Assembly: GCA_030390025.1 (NCBI GenBank)
Contig: CM059433.1
Coordinates: 16,618,001-16,682,000, forward strand
DNA: 64,000 nucleotides
Origin: Squalus acanthias
Taxonomy: Eukaryota
Direction of reading: 5' to 3'
Shown one piece after another: positions 1 to 10,539 of the stretch (its first letter is position 1; every line of letters starts with the position of its first letter). Below the pieces are notes generated by a model. It ran no database searches. It worked only from the letters and a program-made list of their open reading frames with translations, and was not told the DNA's origin. A program made the translations under genes and the position numbers.

Positions 1-124
1 CTTGCCCTAATTTATCCTTATGTGGATCGGTGTCAAATTTTTTGTCTATAATACTCCTGTGCAGCGCCTTGGGACGTTTTACTACGTTAAAGGCGCTATA
101 TAAATACAAGTTGTTGTTGTTGTT
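1..124 (+). mobile_element. L2-clade LINE 3' end fragment
   Basis: Ends in AAAGGCGCTATATAAATACAAG(TTG)n. The same tail recurs at 16250-16305 (+), 21042-21110 (-) and 62888-62960 (-). Confidence 0.75.
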
Positions 125-1062
125 TGGGGGTGGGGGCTGGGGGAGTGCTCTTTGGGCAAGTTACTTGTTCAGGGTTGTGGTCCAACATTAGGTTTGCCCC
201 TGTGCTGAACACTTTACCTGGACAATAAACATAGCAATATACAATGCACGGTTGGACCATAAATGACTATAATGAACATGAAACCTGTTTTGCAAAACAT
301 CGTGCTATAATGGGTAGTTTTCCAACTTTGCGCTCGCACTGGGGAGCCTGAAGGACTGGGAGCACGTATTGGAAATTCAAACACCTACTTGATAACTACA
401 GGTCTGCAAATCACGCACAGCACATGTTTCTTCCTGTTGCGCTGGAAAGCTATGGGGCCCTGCAGTTCTGAATAAGTTGGGTGTTAGTCAGAGTGTCTAA
501 CCTGGAGTATTCAGAGCAGAAAGCCCCTAACCTTTCCAGTTTCTCCACGGGCCTAATGCAACAACAATCCCTTTAAATTAATGCTTACTTGCATTCAAAT
601 ATATGGGTAACAATTACAATTTGAGGCTCAAGGGGCAGAACTTTACACGAAGGGAGCGCATATCTGGAATCTGTGCGTGAAGGTCTGCTCAATTTTCCTT
701 TCATTCAGTCTAATGCGGGCAGAAAATTGGGCACACTGACCTCCCTGATCTACGCACCCATTGCAAGAAGCTCTGGCTGCGATAAATCAGAAAATTTACA
801 CATAGGTTTTGATCAAAACCTCCACAAGGACATGAGCCTAGGACAGTAAACTCTAAAAAGAGGTTCTAATATGACTGAATTTTCAAAAATGTGTCACTTC
901 CTTACTGAAACGGTTACACCAAGAAAAACAAAATTCCACTAATAACTACAATTTTCTCAATTAAAATCACAGAAGCAATTTTACACAAACGGAAGATTGC
1001 TCGTGACTTTTTTTTTTGGAACGTACCCTTGAAAAGTAGTTGATTCCTGTTCGGTAGCTTAC

Positions 1063-1101
1063 GAGGGGCAATTAACTGAAAAGGGCTTCCCGAAGTTTGT
1101 T
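1063..1101 (-). CDS. Possible 39-nt phase 1-1 exon of the minus-strand candidate gene (EQTSGSPFQLIAP)
   Basis: ttgattctggcag| acceptor and |gtaagc donor; open in the frame that continues from the 1323-1502 exon. A short exon like this could arise by chance. Confidence 0.25.
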
Positions 1102-1322
1102 CTGCCAGAATCAATTAAACTGTGGCTTGTGCTCGTGTGATGAGAGTTTATGATACACTTCCAATCACACAGCAACCACAAATACCTCAGATGGGTGCCT
1201 GCAGGCAAGTTCTTGTGGTGTATGTTAGGAGGTGTGGTGTTGACACACCAGCCAGGCAAAGGGAGTGGCACTGACAGCATACAGAACGCTTTCACTAATA
1301 GATTTTGGAAATTCAATCTTAC

Positions 1323-1502
1323 CACCGGTCATTCTCGCTTTAGAAGGCACTGCGGTTCGGCAATAAAGTTTGACTATTTGTGAAACACTGCTTGTTACCA
1401 AATGAAAGAAAGGGCTGACGTATTTCATTGTACCATTTCCTACTTCTGTCCCAAGAAGAATAAGCACAGGATATATGGCAGAATCCAGTGGAATATCTGA
1501 TC
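1323..1502 (-). CDS. Candidate internal coding exon (180 nt, phase 1-1) of an unidentified gene: GSDIPLDSAIYPVLILLGTEVGNGTMKYVSPFFHLVTSSVSQIVKLYCRTAVPSKARMTG
   Basis: ctcattcttgacag| acceptor, G|gtaaga donor, exactly 60 codons with no stop, and non-repetitive sequence. Confidence 0.5.
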
Positions 1503-1967
1503 CTGTCAAGAATGAGCAGCTCTAGATAAGCAGCAACACATGGGCATAGACTTTTAACGACCACCTCGGCATAAAACTGGCTTTGCGGATCAGCAGCCTG
1601 TTATGGGAACAGCCAATTTTCATTTCCTTTGAAACCTACCCGCTTATCTCTTCAAATTGGATTACTCAACGTGCTACGGGAACAAAACAAGTTAATGAAT
1701 ATCAACAGCCCAGAACTTCCTGTCAAAATAACAGTGAGGCTAGCGGCGCTCACCGTTATTTATGCGCAAATCGCACAGCAACTTCAGGTGAGGGCAGATG
1801 TGTGGTTAAACGCAACAATCCAGAAGTTGCTGTCCGAGAGGCGCCTCTCCGCTGCCGAGGTGTGATAAAAGGCAGTCAGAAAGATTAACTGTAGTTGTCT
1901 GAGATTGTACGCTACACAGGCATTGTTCTCTGTCTATAGATGCTTTGCCGGTTTGTATTCCTTCACT

Positions 1968-2005
1968 TCACCTGACGAAGGAGCAGCAGCTCCGAAAGCT
2001 TGTGA
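1968..2005 (+). ncRNA. Minimal type I hammerhead ribozyme in a Penelope-like element end
   Basis: TCAC-CTGACGA-A-GGAGC(agca)GCTCC-GAA-AGCT-T-GTGA gives stem I TCAC/GTGA, the conserved core, stem II, and a palindromic stem III AGCT. AATAAA follows. Confidence 0.75.
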
Positions 2006-2035
2006 TTTCAAATAAAACTGTTGGACTATAACCTG

Positions 2036-2125
2036 ATATAGAATCATAGAATGGTTACAGCACAGAGAGAGGCCATTCGGCCCGTCGAGCTCGTGCCGGC
2101 TCTTTGCAAGAGCATTTCAGCTATT
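2036..2125 (-). mobile_element. CR1 LINE 3' tail fragment
   Basis: ATAGAATCATAGAATGGTTACAGCACAG...GGCCATTCGGCCC is the reverse complement of a CR1 3' end with its short tandem tail. Confidence 0.7.
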
Positions 2126-2832
2126 GCATGGCATTATGAACTAAACTCGCCACAGAAAGTTAGGGCTTGTCCAGTTCAGTCTAAATACCCCCTTTAATGG
2201 CTTGATAAGTGTTAATTACTGCCAAACAACCTCTCTGACATGGAAAATTAACTATTACAAGTGTGGAGTCTCATTCCTTCAGCTTTTAATGGTTGTTGCA
2301 GATTTAAAAATTGTAATTTTTTAAAAAACTTTTTCTTTCTGTCTCTTAATCCTATCTTTCTTTCCCTCTCTTTATTTCTCTTTCTGTATCTGAATTGACA
2401 TTGAATTCACTATTCTAACTTACACTTGCTGGTTCAGACTCTGTGCTGTGCATTTAACAATCCTTCAATCTGATTGGTTAAGGAGACACACAGTTGCTTG
2501 TCCTTTTCACACAAACCCCTCCCACTTACAGCAACATCCAGTGAAAGATCTCATGGAAATTAAATGGGCAAGGGCAAGTCTAACTAACGGTGGGTGCCGT
2601 TCGTTCACTGGCTATGGTGAATTCTGGCCCAATGTGTTTGCATTCTCTTTTGTGTACTGGAAGTCTCCGTCATTTCCTTTCCCTCCCCCCTCAATTTTAT
2701 CCTCTCTGCTCTGAAGGCAATGATTCTTGCTGGGGTGCAGTTCCAGAGGTGATGGCTGCAGCCCTCTGTTACCTCACCCAAGTGGCCATTTTTCACGAAT
2801 GGCCCCGCAGTTCCCCTCCAAGTATCAACTTT

Positions 2833-3275
2833 CTCAGTTGGTAGCACTCTTGCATCTGACTAAGAAGGTTGTAGGTTCAAGTCTCATGCCAGAACTTGAG
2901 CACACAATCTACACTGAGACTTCAGTGCAGGACTGAGGGAGGGCTGCATTGTCAGAGGTGTCATCTTTTGAATGAGATGTTAAATCAAGGCCCCATCTGC
3001 CTATTCAGGTGAATGCAAAAGATCACATGGCACTATTCAAAGAGTAGAGAATTCTCTCGGTATCGTGACCAATATTCATTCCTCAACACACACCATCGAA
3101 GCAGATTAACTGATTATTCATCTCATTGCTGTTTGTTGGACCTTGCTGTGCACAAATCGGCTGCTACGTTTGCCTACAATACAAGAGTGACTACACTTTA
3201 AAAGTAATTAATTGGCTATGAAGTGCTTGTGATGTCCTGGGGATGTAAAATGCACTATATAAATACAATCCTTTC
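2833..3275 (+). mobile_element. Diverged tRNA-derived Deu-domain SINE (SacSINE1-like)
   Basis: Aligns by eye along its length to the copy at 14726-15190 (A/B boxes, central domain, TATATAAAT tail). Confidence 0.7.
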
Positions 3276-3735
3276 CCCTTTTTCTCCGAGCTATCCTCCC
3301 TTCTTCCTCTCAATCTACAAATATGGCACCGACACACTCTTCCTGCTTCCTACATCCTTATTATATTGAAATCAAGACTCATTGCACCATGTCTTACTCT
3401 AATTTTATTTTTATCAGGATCTCAAAAGCATGCAACTCCTTGCCTCTGCCTTCAGTCTTCCCTTCCTCTTACAATCTGCAAGTTTGGTTTCATCTAATCA
3501 CGACTTCTTGATTTACTTGGTAACTACATTTACCAGATTAAAAGGAATGAACAGCGATGTACTACAGTTTAACAAATATAGATTAAACAGAAAATGCACA
3601 GCAGGTTGCTGAGTATCTGAGAAAGAGAGTTGGATTAACTCATTTCTGACAAAGGCTTAATTTCTCTTTCTCTCTTAGATACTGTTTACATTTTCTGTTC
3701 TTATTTGAAATTTCCGGTATTCCTGGGTTTTCAGA

Positions 3736-3904
3736 GGGGTAATTTTATAAATTCATGCTCCTGGTGCAGAGCTTGGCCTGCTGGGAGTGCACATCAGAAA
3801 GTCAAGTGGATGGTCCCCTTGATTGTCTGTTCTTTATGGATCAAAACTTGAGCAAGGCATGGGCCCAAATTCTTGATACGAGTGCGAATTCATAAAATCA
3901 TCCC
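3736..3904. mobile_element. Short Harbinger-type MITE
   Basis: Imperfect TIRs GGGGTAATTTTATAAATTC / GAATTCATAAAATCATCCC. Confidence 0.5.
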
Positions 3905-4044
3905 TAGATTTGCAGTAGTCATGGGCTTTCTTTTAACTGCAACAAATAAGTGCTCTGTATGTGCAACTGGGTAGCTTGTTTGAGGCTACAAATGATTTCT
4001 CTGATGTAACTGAATTGAAAACACAAAGTGTATTATTAGGTGAC

Positions 4045-4192
4045 CTATGCTGTAATTTTTGCTAATAGCCGTTCTCCCCAGATAGCAGTAACTTAACTCC
4101 TTCCCATTCAAACAGCCCACAAATGCACAAGCAATTGCAGTTGTCAGGATTAAACACAAGCTCATTATTATGGTTATGTCAACGTTACCCAT
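4045..4192 (-). CDS. Candidate first coding exon with signal-peptide-like N-terminus: MGNVDITIIMSLCLILTTAIACAFVGCLNGKELSYCYLGRTAISKNYSI
   Basis: Strong acceptor ctttcattcttttag| (exon starts at 4215); in-frame stops upstream of the ATG; hydrophobic core. The phase-1 donor (G|gtcacc, weak) is compatible with the 1323-1502 exon. Confidence 0.35.
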
Positions 4193-4849
4193 TCCATGTG
4201 GTCTCAGTTATCATGCTAAAAGAATGAAAGACAAGGATTGCACTTCAGAGACTATTCACCAATTACAGCACAAACTTTCAATTTTAGATTAGACTCTTTT
4301 TTAAAAGAGAAGTGGGTTTCTCCTTGTAGCTATCTCGATAGAAACACATAATTCAAGCAGTACCAGTAAGTGCCAGGTTTAGGAAACAAAATATGATGTG
4401 GAGATTACCAGTACAGAGAATGCAATTTGCTAACGCTCTGTTATTTAACGATTAAAAGTTTTGAAGCTGTTTGAAGTCTAAGAATGGATATGTTGACAGC
4501 TGGAGACCTACTTCAGGTTATCCCAACACTTTTGAGAAAGTAAACATTACATTTCTCCATTTTGATGTGGGATGGAATAGGCATGTCCATTAGCAGGCAA
4601 AGTTAATGTAAGGACTTTAGTTACTGCCATATAAAGCCTTTCCATGGCTTATGGTAAAGTAGTGTTTCAAATCCTGCCAAGTTTTGAGGTACTTAAGGTA
4701 TGTAAACTCTGGAGCTTTTAATCACCCTGGAATATAACATACATGGTAAATAAAACAGTTGCAAATAAATAAGAAAAGATCAGGTTGAATTTTTATACAA
4801 TACTTGTTGCAAGAAAATTGGATTTTCTTTTTTAGTTGTCGGTGTTCAC

Positions 4850-5320
4850 AAGATCATAACATAGGTTCAGCTCATTTGCCCTCATCCTTCCAGAATATCA
4901 ACTCTGACATCTTCCCATTACATCCTCTAGTTGTTTCTTAATTTAGTCCAGTGTCATGACCTCAACTACTGTTCCAAGCATGTTCCAGCAGTGATCAACC
5001 TATGTATGAAGAATTCCTTACTGATGGCTGTCTTAAATGTGTCCTTCATGACAGTGAATTGTGCCCCCTTGTCCTGCTCCCCTAGTGTATCTCCAAAAGT
5101 ATTAATTACTTTTACTACCCTGATAAATATCTTGTATACCTCTTTAAGATCCCTATCCCTTTTCAAGGCTGAAAAGCCTATCAAGCCATTCCTCAGAACT
5201 CCTCCCATTGCTACTGATGTTGCTTTCATCTGCACTGCTGCCAGGGCCCTTGTGTCAGGACAACCAGGTGTGGCCTGACCAGAACACTGTAAAGTTTCAG
5301 CATCACCTCTAGGGATTTTG
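4850..5320 (-). mobile_element. Old CR1 LINE 3' fragment
   Basis: Minus-frame peptide ...FSALKRDRDLKEVYKI resembles the CR1 ORF2 C-terminus; CATAACATAG-type tail near 4855. Confidence 0.55.
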
Positions 5321-5329
5321 ACTCAACTA

Positions 5330-5505
5330 ATTCATCGTCACTGGGTCAAAAGCCTGGAACTGCCTACCTAGCAGCATTGTAGGAGCACCTTCACCACATG
5401 GACTGCAGCAGTTCAAAAAGGTGGTCCACCATCACCTGCTCAAGGGCAACTAGGAGAGGGCAATAAATTTCGGCTTTGCCAGCGATACCCACATCCCGAG
5501 AAATT
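5330..5505 (+). mobile_element. LINE 3' end (CR1-group) sharing its tail with a tRNA SINE
   Basis: CTCAAGGGCAACTAGG...GGGCAATAAA...TTGCCAGCGA..CCCACATCCC matches the tail of the SINE at 43262-43615. Confidence 0.6.
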
Positions 5506-8026
5506 TTCTTTTATAAATGTGGCCATATAACCAAGCAACCGATTTGCTTTCTTAAGGTGAATCTAGTTTTCAATATTTATCATCCGTTTGCTAACCAGAC
5601 TGGTTTCTGGTCTAACTCCCCAAAGTGTTGCATTATTCATGTTGGTAAATAGTAATGGAAAACATGCTGCAATACAGCTCAGGTGCTTCATTAGACTTTG
5701 CTTTTAGACTTATTGCTGTTTTAGTTTGGGAGACCAGGGTCTGTGAGCTAGCTCTTGTATATGCACTGTTAAATCCAGCTCCCTTCTCCTGGTGGAAGTA
5801 TCATAGACTCATGAAAACCTGGGTCTATTAGTCTGCCACCAGGATAAGGGACCAGGATTAATAGTGTAAATGTCAGAAGCCAGCTCATGGGCACTCATCT
5901 CCCAGAATCCAAACTAAAATGATGCCATTTTAAAATGTACTCTTTTATTCATTGTTGGGTTGTGGGCGTCACAGGCAAGGCCAGCGTTTACTTCCCATCT
6001 CTCGTTGCCATGAGAAGGTGGTGGTAGGGCCTCTTGTTGAACTGCTGCAGTCTGTGTAGTTTTCTGTTCTTTCAAGTTCTCTCTGTGGCTTTACTGTCAA
6101 GTCTTACCCATTTGGGCAAGGTACCAGTGGGTGACGAGTGAATGTGAATCTGCACCTCATCAAGGAGTCAATGCCTCGAGGAAAGGAAGGGAGGGAAGTA
6201 GAGGGGAAGGGAGAAGATTGGCGGAGAAAAATTGTTGAGAGAAAGAAAAAAGAGACATAATCTCACAATTATTGTGGCAGACATTGTCAGAGACAGGAAC
6301 GTTTCAAAGGGGATTGGAAATAATTGACTGAAATGTAGGGTTAGCCATAATGCAAAACTGAGCTTCACTTGGTTGGGACTGACATTGTTCTTGTATGCTT
6401 TTATGTTAAGTTGGAACTGGTTTACATTGTATTTGTTCCACATCATTTGAGCTTAAGGACCAACTAGCTAATTACTGTTTGAATTTTACCCAGATGTCAT
6501 GGGAGACTACTTTTTGTCCCTGCTTTGTTCTTAAATTCATTCCTCACAAAAATACCCTCTACTTCTGCCCATATTTTCTGCTCGAAGCACTCTGAAAAGA
6601 AATAACTTTTGCATTCATAGGGAACACAAAAACCAACCCTGAAAGTATGTGATCAGCTTACTCTTCTACAGCTTTATCATCAAGTTGGACCATGTTTATT
6701 TTCGTGTTTCATATTCTTAAATGTTATTCAAAAGTAATATTCTTATAATAACAGATTAGCCCTGTCAGAAGCCATTTCCTTTCACATATTATATTTAAAA
6801 GTATGTGCAAAACAATTGCAAGCTCTCTTCATCATTAATATGTTTCCAATGAGTGTTCGAGAAACCTGACACCAGTTGTGATACTAGGCCCAAGGAAAAC
6901 AATTGTCCCAGCTTTAAAGGAACTTTTTTTGAAAAATAAACTTCAATTACACTTCTTTTACTTCCTACATTATAATCCTTTAATCGCTTACTTATTTCTA
7001 ATCCACTTTCAATGACAAACATTTAATGGTTACCAAAGCAGTCATACAACCTTTCCAAAGTAAACATCTTGTTGGGAGTTGGGGGTCATTTTTTTTTTTG
7101 TTATATTGTTATATTATTGTATTATAATAATATTGTTATATTATTCATTACCAATGAATTTTGAACTGAAAATGTCAAAGAGAAACACAGCCACTCATTC
7201 ATTTCCAGTTCAATTGTTTTTTTATCAACAGGGATAGGCCATTGGGTCCAACAAATGCATTCATTTTTGATTTGAGCACAAAATAGTTTTAACATAATAA
7301 TTAATACTAAAATTGAAAGGGAGAATAATATTGAAATATCTGTAAAAAAAAAAATTCTGCACTGACCCTCAGACCTGCTTCAAACTTCTTTGCTGATCGG
7401 CAAAGGCAGGACCCTGAAGTTTTTTTTTAATGAAACCGAGGGCAGATTCACAGCCGGGAAATCTCAAAACCTTTCCAGAACTTGCCTGCTCAAACAGCGC
7501 AACACGAAAGGGCAAACAGAAACATGCTCCAGTGCTCTGTCATAGTAAGGAATTTGGTCAGTGACAGATCACCAATACTCGGTGGAAATTTATGGACATT
7601 TTTCTTGACATAAATGAATTAATGTTTAACTTAGAATGGTGACGTGAACAAGGCAATGCCCAACAGTGACCGGCAAAAGTAAACAGCGTGTTACTTAATC
7701 AGCCCATTGGAAAAAATTGTCATTTTTTCACAACAGAAAAAAAGATACCCTGGCCAGATGTGGAACTCCCAATGTGATCTAGAATTTCTGTCATTAAAAA
7801 AAACCAAATACATAAGAAATAGGCCATTCAGCCCTTTGAACCTGCTCTGCTGTTCAATAAGATCATGGCTGGTTGGTGGAGCAGGCTTGAAGGGCCGAGT
7901 GGCCTACTCCTGCTCTTATTTCTTATGTTCTTATGTATTTTTTTTAATGGCAATACTAACAGCTCATAATGTTCATTCATATGCTTCACTGCACACTAAA
8001 CACTGAATATAGGTTTTAAAGTTATT

Positions 8027-8806
8027 GGGCCAGAAATTCGGCTTTCCGGCTTCCTGCGGGTGCAAGCATCGCGCTCGTACTTGCCCACCGCGCCTGCAGT
8101 TGTGCTTTGGGCCCACGAGGACTTCGGCTCCTGGGCCTCCTCCAGCTGCCGGTGCGCAGTGCTTGTGTATCCCAGGGGCGCAGTTTGTTCGAAGCGTCCC
8201 CTGGGATCACGTGGGCCATGGAGAGCCAATCCTAGCAGGGCAATTTCATTCATAGATTTGACAGGAAAACCTGTCAGTACCAATTTCTCAGTTAAATAAA
8301 TATGGTGGTTAATAGAAAACAAAATTTATTTTTCCTTCTGTTGCCAATATTCTGCACAACAGTTAATGGCAGCACTACTCTCCAGTGTTAGCTAGCTGCA
8401 AAGTTAATAATTTCCCACAGCATAAATGAATCCCTTAATTAATTATACTTTTTAACGGTGCTAAAAATAAACTTACCTTTCTTTAAAGTATCTAAAAATG
8501 ATAAACCTGTTGAAAAAATGTTTAAATTGTAAATAATTAACCACTTACCTTGTTAAAAACAGGCCTTGCGCCTCCTTTTTAAAAGTACAGCTTCTCCATA
8601 CCTACCCTCCCGGAGAAACTGAAAAAAAACCCGAAGTTCGCTGTGTGCGTGCAGGCTCTCCCGCGCACGCGTTCGACTTCTGAACCCCTTCCTTCAGGGG
8701 AACGGAAGTTCCGGTTTCCCGCGCATGCGCAGTGCATGCACTTCAGGTGGCCTTACGGGTGAGTACACAGCGCGTACTCACCCGACAAGAGCCGAATTTC
8801 TGGCCC
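8027..8806 (-). mobile_element. Harbinger-type MITE, family A copy 1
   Basis: Perfect TIR GGGCCAGAAATTC / GAATTTCTGGCCC with flanks ATT/AAT. Homologous in reverse orientation to 45303-46046. Confidence 0.75.
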
Positions 8807-8973
8807 AATATTTTAATTGGACCTCATAATCCAGACATATAAATGTAAAAATAAGTTGGAAGCATGCACATACCTAATGTCTCTGCTCTTAGTGGTTAGC
8901 GACATCAGGACATTGAAGCTCAATAACACTGCAGATGAGCTTCTCCCTTAGTGCAGGTAAGCGAGAGGATTGT

Positions 8974-9163
8974 GGCCTTGAATTCCTGCGGGAGTTGGCC
9001 TAACCTCCCGCGGTAACTTTGGCTTGGAGATTGGCGGAACCCTGGAGAAATGGCACAAACACGGCCGTTCTCAGCCATTTAAGCCGTTTCTCTGGGGGTT
9101 CCACCAATCCCCCACCAAAGTTACGGCAGGAGGTCAGGACAACCATGGCAGACATTCAACGCC
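8974..9163. mobile_element. Foldback (fully palindromic) MITE
   Basis: Imperfect inverted symmetry over the whole ~190 bp (GGCCTTGAAT...ATTCAACGCC; GTAACTTTGG...CCAAAGTTAC; GGAACCC...GGGTTCC); flanks TGT/AGT. Confidence 0.65.
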
Positions 9164-9304
9164 AGTCTCTTTCTAATGTTCAGTTTTGACACATTCGCCT
9201 ACGTAACAACAGACACTGCGCTCAAAAAAGAGTAACTTATTGTGAGAATTACTTTGAGGTCTTTCGATGTGAAAGGCATTATATAAATCAGAAAATAAAT
9301 AGTC

Positions 9305-10290
9305 ATGGGCATCTTGCTAGGGGTCCCCCTTGGTCTGCATGAGGAATTGGAGGAGGAGAGGAGGGCAACCAGCTGCTGCAGGAGAAAGGGACAGGAGGGC
9401 GAGGAGGCCACCCAGGGTCTTCAGAGAGCACTACTCCTACATTTACATGACCCAAGACCAGTGCATGTGGAGGCTGCATTTTACCAAGGAAGTCGTCAAG
9501 GAGATATGTAGCCTTGTGGAACAAAGACTCAGGAGTTGCAGCACTGCCAGATCTGCATTGGCTGTGGCAGTCAAAATCACAGTAGCACTTAATTTTTAAT
9601 GTTACTGCAACCTTCCAGGCTGCCACAGGTGATACAAGTCACATCTCACAATCCTCTGTGCAGTTCTGTATAAGGAAGGTTGCTGTGGCTCTATACGCTC
9701 TGAGGAATGACTATATATCATTCCGTATTGCCAGAGAAGACCAGAAGCAGAGAGCTCTAGAATTCAACAGGATTGCGGGATTCCCCATGGTCCAGGGAGC
9801 CATTGACTGCACACAGGTGGCCATGCAAGCCCCTCGTTTATAATGAGACAGTCATCCGTCCCACAGATCTTTGAGCCCCAACGCAATGTGCATGGCTGGC
9901 TACTAGGTGACACGGGATACCCTCATGGCTCATGACTACCCTGAGACAACCCCAGACATCAGCTGAGCACTCATACAATGAGAGCCACTCAGCCACCAGG
10001 AATATCATTGAGCAGACCATTGGGATCCTCAAGCAGGGGTTTAGATGCATTGACCGGTCAGGATGTGCCCTGCTGTACTCGGCCGATAACGTTTGCATAT
10101 TCATGGTGATTTGCTGCCGCTCCACAATCTGCCGTTCATGAGACCAACCATTACTACCAGCAATTGTGTCAGTGGGTCAAGCTCAGGAACCACAAGAGGA
10201 GGAAGAGGAGGGTGACCAGCAGAGGGTTCCAGGTAGATGGCCCACACCTGGGAGGGACGCTTGACGTCGTCAATTGAAGAGCACTTTTGA
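9305..10290 (+). pseudogene. HARBI1-like DDE transposase pseudogene (H0)
   Basis: Motifs RLHFTKEVVKEIC, VAVKITVALNF, GFPMVQGAIDCT, WLLGD, YNESHSATRNIIEQTIGILKQ. Contains stops and frameshifts, and the NRKGFHS...GSxHD block is deleted near 9838. Confidence 0.85.
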
Positions 10291-10539
10291 GAGTCGTCCT
10301 CTACCATCAGAGACCAGAGCACTGTTGCCACATGCCTTACCTTCCACGACTGAAGATCCATCAGGCAGTCCATCATCTGCACGCAATCCTTTCAACCCCT
10401 TCCCCATGAAGAACACAATAAAAAAGATCACCAATTTCACGACTACCCAATGACCATATCAATCTTTATCTTCAGCACAATCAAACAATGGAAACATCAC
10501 AAACATTAAACTATTCACCCTGGTGCTTACCCTTAGTCA

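Larger units (their letters stand above)
1542..2630. mobile_element. Degraded Harbinger-type MITE sequence(s) interrupted by Penelope and CR1 fragments
   Basis: TIR-like GAATTCTGGCCC ending at 2630 and GGGCATAGACTTTT at 1542; CpG-rich subterminal segments. Boundaries uncertain and may be two elements. Confidence 0.35.
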
